Counted from the stretch's first letter, positions 56,956 to 63,958 are shown. The stretch: DNA of 64,000 nt from a virus (IMGVR_UViG_3300028805_000055:89680-153679), one strand, 5' to 3'. Notes: a model not told the origin generated them from the sequence alone. Made by a program: numbers and translations.

Positions 56956-57066
56956 TTGAGAGAGTGGGATTTGCACACCACGAAGTCACCTAAGTGACAC
57001 AACATTTACCATGTTGCCCATTTGTCTACATCAGCCTTGCGACTGTTCTCCTCTGGTATCTCTCAA
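56956..57066 (-). ncRNA. tRNA-shaped array RNA copy D
   Basis: shared covarying fold. Confidence 0.85.
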
Positions 57067-57070
57067 AGAG

Positions 57071-57183
57071 TTGGAAGAGCTAGATTTGCACTAGCGAAGC
57101 CCCATAAGAGGCACATCAAGCACGAACTTGATGCCGATTTGTCTACATCAGCCTTGCGACTGTTCTCCTCTCGTATCTTCCAA
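57071..57183 (-). ncRNA. tRNA-shaped array RNA copy E
   Basis: shared covarying fold. Confidence 0.85.
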
Positions 57184-57184
57184 A

Positions 57185-57261
57185 TGGTAGCGGCACACAG
57201 GAGTCGCACCTGGTGTTTTTTGCTTATGAGACAAACGTGTAAACTGTTTCACTCTGCCGCT
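57185..57261 (-). tRNA. tRNA-Met(CAT), atypical T-loop, encoded CCA
   Basis: AGCGGCA/TGCCGCT-A-CCA, CTCATAA, TGCGACT. Confidence 0.8.
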
Positions 57262-57264
57262 ATA

Positions 57265-57753
57265 TTAACTGAATATTTTTTTCTTGTCTTCATCAGAGAG
57301 TTGACCACTATCAAACTCCCAATGGTGATTAGGACATAATGCAACTAGATTATTTATATCATTTATTTCTGAGACTAAACTATCATTACTGAATTCAGAT
57401 ACACCCTTTATGTGAGCAATCTCAATATGCTTATTATATCCGCATATTGCACATTCTCTAGGTTTATTAGACCTTTTGAAAATAGAATCAGCTAATTTTC
57501 TAATTGCTGTTCTAGCACTCTGCCAGTTTTTCCTACACCCAAACAATTCACCCTTGGTCATATTAAGTATCGGAGAGTTGTATTCAAGATTCAGTTCAAC
57601 ACCTAATGCTTTACATCTTTCCAATATTTTGTTATGAATTTTGAATGCCCTGCTAGAGTATCCCAAAGCTTCATTAACACCCTTCCAAGTTGTGTTGGCT
57701 TTTATTATTCTACAGAAATCTTCATCAGATGTTCTATATAATTTATCTACCAA
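57265..57753 (-). CDS. HNH endonuclease
   Basis: CAIC, AHIK, N.INNL..LCPNHH; TTG start only. Confidence 0.85.
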   Translation of the reverse strand: MVDKLYRTSDEDFCRIIKANTTWKGVNEALGYSSRAFKIHNKILERCKALGVELNLEYNSPILNMTKGELFGCRKNWQSARTAIRKLADSIFKRSNKPRECAICGYNKHIEIAHIKGVSEFSNDSLVSEINDINNLVALCPNHHWEFDSGQLSDEDKKKIFS

Positions 57754-57804
57754 TTGTTCATATTCATTACAATGAGTATCGCTACTCTTATTTCATTTTC
57801 ACGG

Positions 57805-57838
57805 TGCAAAGATATATATTTTTTTTCGTAATTCCAAA
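57805..57838 (-). promoter_or_regulatory. Bacteroidota-type promoter upstream of RNA array
   Basis: TTTG..TATCTTTGCACCGT. Confidence 0.85.
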
Positions 57839-57856
57839 TTTTTGAGGAACTTTTTT

Positions 57857-58120
57857 TTAATCAATTACACCTTTTATTTTTCTAAGCTCGTTGATTTCAG
57901 CATTAAACTCCTTCATTGTGTTGGTTGTTCCATCTTCATCAACATATTTGTCAGCTTCGATGTCAGCGACGAACTGAGTCAACTTGTTAACCAGGTCTGT
58001 CTTCAGTGCGCCATGATATTTCACACCGACAATTTTCTGAGCCTCTTTCTTCTCATACCCTGCGTCTACTAGAGACTTGTACAGGTTGTTTCTGAAATCA
58101 CTTTCTAATATCTTCTCCAT
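57857..58120 (-). CDS. hypothetical protein
   Basis: ORF from MEKILE. Confidence 0.75.
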   Translation of the reverse strand: MEKILESDFRNNLYKSLVDAGYEKKEAQKIVGVKYHGALKTDLVNKLTQFVADIEADKYVDEDGTTNTMKEFNAEINELRKIKGVID

Positions 58121-58142
58121 AACTATTATTTTTAATTGACGG

Positions 58143-58176
58143 TGCAAAGATATATATTTTTTTCCGTAATTCCAAA
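58143..58176 (-). promoter_or_regulatory. Bacteroidota-type promoter
   Basis: near-identical to 57805 copy. Confidence 0.85.
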
Positions 58177-58207
58177 TTTTTCAGAAGAAATTTTTCATCT
58201 TTTTTTG

Positions 58208-58581
58208 TGGAGCTGGTGGAAGTCGAATCCACGTCACAATTACCATCCCATAAGAGATTATACAAGCTTCTAGAGAATTGGTAAGTGGCTTGCGCCACCT
58301 TTCCTCTCTGCCACCTCATTTTTAAGAAACGAGGAAAACTGGGGGATTGACCAGAGGTCTATCCCAGCATGACCACCACTTGGTTTCTTGACACCAAGAA
58401 ACAAGTCACCAGGATGTTCTGTTCCTAAGAGCCTGGTCTCTCGGCTTCGCTTACGCTGCTACAGCGTATGCATAAGCAGGAGAATCTACGTTCTCGCCAT
58501 TTATGTTTTTTCGCTATTTCTAGTGTATGCCCACTGCTTGTCTCTTACCAGACGCATAACGTTCTATACCGTTTCAGCCCC
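58208..58581 (-). ncRNA. ssrA: tmRNA
   Basis: GGGGCTG/CAGCTCC-A, T-arm, ATAAAT resume context, tag GENVDSPAYAYAVAA*. Confidence 0.93.
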
Positions 58582-58642
58582 ATTTGTGTAAGATAAATAT
58601 ATCCTAATATGTAAAACTATCAAAGAACACTCTTTTTAAATG

Positions 58643-58717
58643 TGTTGGTGGAGGGATTTGGACCCCCGACCTCCTCGGTATCAGCGAGGTGCTACTAACC
58701 AGCTGAGCTACACCAAC
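58643..58717 (-). tRNA. tRNA-Ile(GAT)
   Basis: GTTGGTG/CACCAAC, CCTCG-CTGATAC-CGAGG. Confidence 0.88.
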
Positions 58718-58755
58718 ATGATGAATGCAGCCTTATGAGACTGCATTGCTTTTTT

Positions 58756-58932
58756 TTACCAGAAGAAGTGGAGCTTGTAGATTGCCCAAATTGGCAGTAC
58801 ACCAATCCAGAACAAACTGAACAACACCTTCTCCCATTCCTTGTTGTTCCACTTACTAATCCAGTACTTATATGCTGCAAAGGCAATGACCAGATAGAGA
58901 AGAACAAGCAATACAATGCCTACGGTACTCAT
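58756..58932 (-). CDS. small membrane protein (58 aa)
   Basis: MSTVGIVLLVLLYLVIAFAAY..., read manually. Confidence 0.7.
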   Translation of the reverse strand: MSTVGIVLLVLLYLVIAFAAYKYWISKWNNKEWEKVLFSLFWIGVLPIWAIYKLHFFW

Positions 58933-58973
58933 TTCTCAACGTTTTTTAGTCTAATTATTTTCATGGGTAGCAG

Positions 58974-59531
58974 TTATCGGAATGCACCAATGAACTGCTT
59001 TAGTATGTCCTTACGCTTAAGGACGCTTTCTGGAACGAAATCCTTAATCCATTCAGAGTTATCACTAATTCCTTCTCTCACCTTTGTTGCCGATATGTTA
59101 TCAGCGATAGTGCCTCTGGCATTCAACTTGAAGGAAACGAAGTTCCTTGTGATGAATGGTGGAAACCACAACATGATAATCTCGAACCCATCAGAATAGT
59201 AGATGGTAAACTCTGGAGACCTGGTGATACCAACAATCTTACTGTAGAGATAGAATCCCCAATCGTGAGAGTTGTCAGATTCATCCGTAAGGTCATCAAG
59301 TGGCTCGATGCGCACCCTATTAGCATCCTCTCCAAACGTCTGGTGTACAGCCTCAACTGCCATGTCCAGCCTTAGGTTAATCGGAATTGGATTCCTCTTA
59401 TTGAGTTTATCAGCAGAACCAACGAGAACAAGAACTGTGTCGTTCTCATTGAGTGCCTGGCGAATCAACTCCAGATGCCCGTTGTGAATGGGCTGCAAAC
59501 GTGCTATAATAACACCTACCTTTTCTGTCAT
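58974..59531 (-). CDS. NMN adenylyltransferase (NadM-like)
   Basis: ARLQPIHNGH, VGSA..RNP, ISATKVR. Confidence 0.85.
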   Translation of the reverse strand: MTEKVGVIIARLQPIHNGHLELIRQALNENDTVLVLVGSADKLNKRNPIPINLRLDMAVEAVHQTFGEDANRVRIEPLDDLTDESDNSHDWGFYLYSKIVGITRSPEFTIYYSDGFEIIMLWFPPFITRNFVSFKLNARGTIADNISATKVREGISDNSEWIKDFVPESVLKRKDILKQFIGAFR

Positions 59532-59554
59532 AATTATATACGTTTTCAAAAAAC

Positions 59555-59620
59555 GGAAGCAATCTTTTTAGAAAAAATGATTACAAGTCAAATCCTATAA
59601 GAAATCTGCTGTACGCTTCC
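59555..59620 (-). ncRNA. ACAGCA-type element (TGT loop)
   Basis: GGAAGCG/TGCTTCC, TACAGCAG, TGA-CTTGTAA-TCA. Confidence 0.65.
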
Positions 59621-59621
59621 T

Positions 59622-59700
59622 TGGTAGGACATGGGGGGTTCGAACCCTCGACCTTCTGCTTGTAAGGCAGACGCTACTGAACCAGCTGAGCTAATGTCCT
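59622..59700 (-). tRNA. tRNA-Val(TAC), encoded CCA
   Basis: AGGACAT/ATGTCCT-A-CCA, TCTGC-CTTACAA-GCAGA. Confidence 0.92.
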
Positions 59701-60005
59701 ATAAAATACGTGGTATCACTCGAAACTGCCTGTCATTGGACAAGCTTGCCTTACCTTCTTATGGTAAATTATAACCACGTGTCACAACCAGTAGCCAAAT
59801 GAGGGCTAAAAGGTTGCCTCCAATTTTTTTCGTGTTATAAAAATCGTAAACCGTCTCCCAGTCTTAATCGTAGCTTGGGTCACGCCATGTCTATTCCACA
59901 GTGCCATTCGAGTAGTGGGATATGCCGCCTTATGTTTTACTCTAGAAACCCACCATTAGATAGTCATCAACCTCTTTCCGAAGTTGGAGGTATATATCCT
60001 ACCAT

Positions 60006-60147
60006 GCCCTTGCAGTGAGGATTCGAACCTACTATTTCTAGTTGCCGCATAGTCTCAGCTATTACCAGCATGAGGGACTTATTCAGCTCCTTGTTAAACA
60101 CAAGTACTTTGCCCTCCTAGTGCGCTTCCTATTCGCCTTTCAAGGAT
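60006..60147 (-). ncRNA. tRNA-like RNA with ~70-nt structured insertion at anticodon loop
   Basis: CCTTG/CAAGG, GCG..CGC D-arm, CTAG/CTAG stem, AGG-TTCGAAT-CCT. Confidence 0.55.
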
Positions 60148-60421
60148 GATGCAAGTCCAACCACGTAGAAATAGGCTTTACTTGCGTGAGAGTTTGATGC
60201 ACTTCAGTCTATAAAGGTGCAATTTGTGGTACTCACAAACACAGTGTTTCTTCGCAAAAACTACAAAAAGCCCCCATTTCTAGATGATGGGATAACTGTC
60301 CGTCTCTTCCGAACTGTCATTCTAGTGGATGCATAATTGCTAGACGCTGCCAGCCCATCTAGCGCACCTTTCTACGGTATTCATACCCTTTCCGAAGTCA
60401 GAGTTATATAGCTCCGTATTG

Positions 60422-60507
60422 TGCCTGGGGTGGGATTTGAACCCTCCTATCTCTGTCTCTGCTTTTGGCTTCGAATCAGTGTTTTTACCAATTAATACTT
60501 CTCAAGC
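60422..60507 (-). pseudogene. degenerate tRNA with expanded anticodon arm
   Basis: GCTTGAG/CCCAGGC, TTGGTAA D-loop, TTCAAAT T-loop. Confidence 0.55.
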
Positions 60508-60691
60508 ATTTTGGGACCGTTTGTTTTAAGTGTGACTCAGCCTTTCAACAAGACCCGATTACGGTTCTCTTGTTCCACTATAACTTTGGCATGAACTTCC
60601 TATCCATAAATGCCACATCCAGACTCCATCTAAACTTCATCCTTCTCCAACATATATGTCACCGACAGGCTCGATGCCATAATCTTTCTGG

Positions 60692-60787
60692 TTACTTACC
60701 AAACCATCCTGCGACGGTATCAGCAATTGGCTCTTTATACTTGTGACCGAACCAACCCAGTGCTATGAATACTACTGCTTCAATCAT
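60692..60787 (-). CDS. small peptide (31 aa)
   Basis: MIEAVVFIALGWFGHKYKEPIADTVAGWFGK, behind promoter. Confidence 0.6.
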   Translation of the reverse strand: MIEAVVFIALGWFGHKYKEPIADTVAGWFGK

Positions 60788-60823
60788 AATTTTTTACTTT
60801 TAAGTTGAACTTCTGTTTAACGG

Positions 60824-60857
60824 TGCAAAGATATATATTTTTTTTCGTAATTCCAAA
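60824..60857 (-). promoter_or_regulatory. Bacteroidota-type promoter
   Basis: near-identical to 57805 copy. Confidence 0.85.
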
Positions 60858-60881
60858 TTTTCAGCAAGTTTTTTTCAACTT

Positions 60882-61334
60882 TTAACATACTAGGTCTTTC
60901 ACTAAGCTTGAGTCACCATGACTCGTCTGTAGGATGCTCCTAATTGCCGTACTACTTATATAAGATAAGGTATTAGGCGTTGGTATCACCAGGGTTGGCA
61001 TCTTTCCCAAGTTCCAGTTTATGTCAGCCTGAGCAACTTCATCTGTGAAGTCTGTACCATTCCTAGCACCCTTGATGATAAACTTAGCACCAATCTCTTG
61101 TGCCTTCTTGAATACCAACCCATCAGTGCTGATAACCTTTACACGAGGCTCATCCTTGAAGATTGCCTCAATCATCCTCACTCGTGCTACAGGCTCGAAA
61201 TAACCCTTCTTTAGATGGTTTATAGCAACGCATACGTAGACTTCATCGAAGACCTGTAATGCAGCATTCACAACGAACCTATGCCCTTTATGGAATGGGT
61301 CAAAGCTTCCTGGAAATAATGCTATATTCTTCAT
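60882..61334 (-). CDS. coaD: pantetheine-phosphate adenylyltransferase
   Basis: FPGSFDPFHKGH, N..KK..F...R, KG.R...DF..E, ISS. Confidence 0.9.
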   Translation of the reverse strand: MKNIALFPGSFDPFHKGHRFVVNAALQVFDEVYVCVAINHLKKGYFEPVARVRMIEAIFKDEPRVKVISTDGLVFKKAQEIGAKFIIKGARNGTDFTDEVAQADINWNLGKMPTLVIPTPNTLSYISSTAIRSILQTSHGDSSLVKDLVC

Positions 61335-61543
61335 ATCCTTCTGTATCTAACCAGATTGTATACCAGTTTCAGAGGCCAGAATATTGTCATGAACAGCAAC
61401 AGAAGGCTAACCATGCCTGCCTCTACTTCACCATTCTCAGAGAGAGTTCTGTACTCCTCTCCGAACTCTTTCTTAAACCACATGTTGGCTAGATACATAC
61501 CTACTCCCATGTAGACTATAAGACATACAATATCCAATCTCAT
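61331..61543 (-). CDS. small membrane protein
   Basis: two TM segments, FWP motif. Confidence 0.7.
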   Translation of the reverse strand: MRLDIVCLIVYMGVGMYLANMWFKKEFGEEYRTLSENGEVEAGMVSLLLLFMTIFWPLKLVYNLVRYRRI

Positions 61544-61561
61544 AACACTTATTTAATTAAG

Positions 61562-61647
61562 CTCGTCGGGTGCGATTCGAACACACGGTAGCGCAAAGCT
61601 ACACTAGTTTTGGAGACTAGCGGGTTAAACCACTCCCCCACCGACGA
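61562..61647 (-). tRNA. tRNA-Trp(CCA), long variable arm
   Basis: TCGTCGG/CCGACGA, G73, CTAGT-CTCCAAA-ACTAG, V-arm GTAGC/GCTAC. Confidence 0.85.
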
Positions 61648-61651
61648 ATAT

Positions 61652-62323
61652 TTAAGTTGCATCCCTATAGGCAAATCCATTCTTCTCTGTCTCAGCAACC
61701 CACTTGTCAAATTCACTGAAATCAATTGACAATCCTTTAAGTTTATTGCCAATATCTTCCTTCATGATGTTTGTCGCTTCAATCTCATCAGCAGCCATCA
61801 TCCTGGTTCTTGTGTCTATTGACTTGATAATGTCTGGTATTCTGAACTCACCGAACATCAGCTCAACCTTGATGGCGTAATGATTGACAAATGCATTCTC
61901 AGTGCAAGTCACATACAATGGTTTCTTTGATATACCCCTGTATACTTCCTCACAGTTTGGTATCTGCTTATGATATGGGTTCTTGGCAATACCGACAACC
62001 GATATGTTCTTACCATACTCTTTTAAGACAGCATCCTGGAGTCTCTTTCCAAGACCTGGAACTTGATTGCCTTCCCCGTCTACCACCCATGCAAACCCAT
62101 CGACAACCATTGATGTTACATTGTCAATCTTGATGTGAGACAGACACTGCATAATACATGGTAATTCACGCTTGTAAAGCTCTCCTGGAGTGTATTCAGC
62201 ATCGATGCCCTTCCTCCTGTTGCTTACGAAGAACTTAGCCTTCTCGGAGTCCCAGCTCTCAAATGCCCCACACACTGTGTAGGAATAACCATCATAATAG
62301 TATGTATCAAATGCAAGTATCAT
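61652..62323 (-). CDS. nfi: endonuclease V
   Basis: AFDTYY, Y.PG..YKRELP, VDG, GIAK, RIP. Confidence 0.88.
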   Translation of the reverse strand: MILAFDTYYYDGYSYTVCGAFESWDSEKAKFFVSNRRKGIDAEYTPGELYKRELPCIMQCLSHIKIDNVTSMVVDGFAWVVDGEGNQVPGLGKRLQDAVLKEYGKNISVVGIAKNPYHKQIPNCEEVYRGISKKPLYVTCTENAFVNHYAIKVELMFGEFRIPDIIKSIDTRTRMMAADEIEATNIMKEDIGNKLKGLSIDFSEFDKWVAETEKNGFAYRDAT

Positions 62324-62340
62324 TATTCAAAACATTTTTG

Positions 62341-62414
62341 TGGAGCTAGTGGGGCTTGAACCCACGACCCCCTGCTTGCAAAGCAGGTGCTCTAGCCAAC
62401 TGAGCTATAGCCCC
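62341..62414 (-). tRNA. tRNA-Ala(TGC)
   Basis: canonical cloverleaf, G3:U70. Confidence 0.95.
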
Positions 62415-62420
62415 AGTCTA

Positions 62421-62807
62421 TTAATCCCAACTTATATACACCTTAAACATCCTGTTACAAGCCCATCCGTATAATAGACAGCCTTCGCACATGTATCCCT
62501 TATGTTCGATTTTTACCTTAAAACCAAGGGGCTGCATCTTTCTATTGACATACTCTCTTACACTATGCAATGAATCATCGTCAAGTTTTCTAAGTCTCTT
62601 GCCAATGTTTGAAGGAAGTCTGAAGTTAATCCATTTGCGATTGGCATTCTGCATAATTGCCTTTTGTGCCAGAGCCTTGTATGTGGAGTTAATGTAGTTA
62701 TATACCTCCTCTGCAAGTTTTGACACGGCATCACTTTTCTGTCTTTTTACCTCTTCTGAAAGTGCCCTCAGCTTGCTGGCTGTAAGGGTGTCATTAGCTG
62801 TATCCAT
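62421..62807 (-). CDS. hypothetical protein
   Basis: 128-aa ORF. Confidence 0.7.
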   Translation of the reverse strand: MDTANDTLTASKLRALSEEVKRQKSDAVSKLAEEVYNYINSTYKALAQKAIMQNANRKWINFRLPSNIGKRLRKLDDDSLHSVREYVNRKMQPLGFKVKIEHKGYMCEGCLLYGWACNRMFKVYISWD

Positions 62808-62935
62808 TACTTATCAGTATATCTAAATTTGAAACCACAATGAGGACATTTGAATACTTCAGCATTCTCGTCACAGGCTTTGGAGATATCAATCTCAACC
62901 TCGCCCCCACATCTAATACAATTCACTTTTGTCAT
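62807..62935 (-). CDS. small zinc-ribbon protein (42 aa)
   Basis: CIRC..CPHC; TAATG overlap. Confidence 0.7.
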   Translation of the reverse strand: MTKVNCIRCGGEVEIDISKACDENAEVFKCPHCGFKFRYTDK

Positions 62936-62955
62936 ATGTCATGTAATTTTGATAT

Positions 62956-62989
62956 GGCAAAGATATATAAAAAATCTGAGATTACCAAA
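62956..62989 (-). promoter_or_regulatory. Bacteroidota-type promoter
   Basis: TTTG..TATCTTTG. Confidence 0.8.
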
Positions 62990-63024
62990 TTTTTCTCAAT
63001 CTTTTTTTCATTTTTTAATATTTG

Positions 63025-63108
63025 AGCTAGAGACAGGATTCGAACCTGCGTGGGATTTTTACCTTTGGATTACGAAACCAACCTATTCAACCACTCTAGC
63101 ACTCTAGC
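63025..63108 (-). tRNA. tRNA-Thr(CGT), long variable region
   Basis: GCTAGAG/CTCTAGC, U73, TTCGTAA loop, 15-nt V region. Confidence 0.85.
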
Positions 63109-63110
63109 AT

Positions 63111-63137
63111 ATCGTTTTACCACTTAACTATAGAGTC
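63111..63137 (-). pseudogene. orphan tRNA 5' fragment
   Basis: GACTCTA-TA-GTT-AAGTGGTAA-AAC. Confidence 0.5.
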
Positions 63138-63138
63138 A

Positions 63139-63561
63139 TTATTTAAACTCCTCTTCATCATACTGGTCTCCCATTATCTTCTCATACCAAGTATCAAGGA
63201 TGTATTCTGGAGTCCAAGATAAACCATTACGGTGGTTAAAACAATTCTGGATATATTTAATCTGCTCCAGGGTTGGCTTGTGAAGGTTGGGATATAACAG
63301 GTTGAACAATCCACTTCCACGAAATACGTCATCGTCTCTCACTTCCAATATGATGTCGTCGTATTGCCTGTATTCGTTTTCACTTTCTACATACACATAT
63401 CCGATTACTCTCACCTTATACTTGGTGATGTTAGTGTGAATAACCTCTTTTACAACACCCTTAAGGATGATGGTGTGGTCATATTCATACTCGATGTTGT
63501 GAACCACATCGTATACCTCATAATTAAAGACGATTGTATCGCCCACTTTCTTCTCCTTCAT
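63139..63561 (-). CDS. hypothetical protein
   Basis: 140-aa ORF. Confidence 0.75.
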   Translation of the reverse strand: MKEKKVGDTIVFNYEVYDVVHNIEYEYDHTIILKGVVKEVIHTNITKYKVRVIGYVYVESENEYRQYDDIILEVRDDDVFRGSGLFNLLYPNLHKPTLEQIKYIQNCFNHRNGLSWTPEYILDTWYEKIMGDQYDEEEFK

Positions 63562-63577
63562 AACATTCTACCTTTTG

Positions 63578-63649
63578 AGCCTTATGCCAGAATCGGACTG
63601 ACAACCACTACAATACCACAGTAGTGCTCTACCATTGAGCTAATAAGGC
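63578..63649 (-). tRNA. tRNA-Thr(GGT)
   Basis: GCCTTAT/ATAAGGC, U73, GGT anticodon, T-loop TCCGATT. Confidence 0.8.
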
Positions 63650-63656
63650 ATTCTTG

Positions 63657-63738
63657 AGCTGGGGACAGGATTCGAACCTGCGTTGTCTTTCGAACATGAT
63701 TACAAATCAAGTGCCTTCAACCTCTCAGCCACCCCAGC
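63657..63738 (-). tRNA. tRNA-Thr(TGT), long variable region
   Basis: GCTGGGG/CCCCAGC, U73, TTTGTAA loop, 13-nt V region. Confidence 0.85.
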
Positions 63739-63789
63739 AAGTAAGGGTACATTAAAACCGTCATTTCAACCCCTCCAGTTTATATTATG

Positions 63790-63875
63790 TTGCGGAGGGG
63801 GGAGTCGAACCCACGTTACACACAAATTTAAAGTCTGCTCGAATGTAATATTAATCTTGCTGTATGTACCCACAA
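63790..63875 (-). ncRNA. ACAGCA-type tRNA mimic (TTA loop)
   Basis: TACAGCAAG, GCAGA-CTTTAAA-TTTGT, GGG-TTCGACT-CCC. Confidence 0.65.
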
Positions 63876-63876
63876 G

Positions 63877-63958
63877 TGCATCGTGTAGGACTCGAACCCA
63901 CGTCGTGATTACTCACACAGATTAAGAGTCTGTTGCATAACCTCTCTGCCAACGATGC
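63877..63958 (-). tRNA. tRNA-Lys(CTT), long variable arm
   Basis: GCATCGT/ACGATGC, A73, ACAGA-CTCTTAA-TCTGT, V-arm GTGA-GTAA-TCAC. Confidence 0.87.

Noticed and set aside
56405-57183. CRISPR array
   Set aside because: Variable parts are short covarying helices, not unique spacers; units fold as tRNA-like RNAs; no cas genes
57747-57767. Out-of-frame ATG AAC AAT TGG TAG at HNH start as a regulatory uORF
   Set aside because: Equally explained by a 1-nt deletion or a TTG start; too short to support
56356-58591. ORFs 56356..56685, 57022..57339, 58098..58319, 58388..58591
   Set aside because: They overlap structured RNAs, tmRNA or promoters
60537-60680. Second TAG-readthrough ORF (MASSLSVTYMLEKDEV*MESG...)
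   Set aside because: No recognisable motif; more likely structured RNA or chance
57801-60860. Near-identical 40-nt repeats as mobile-element ends
   Set aside because: They are copies of the promoter consensus; no transposase or target duplication
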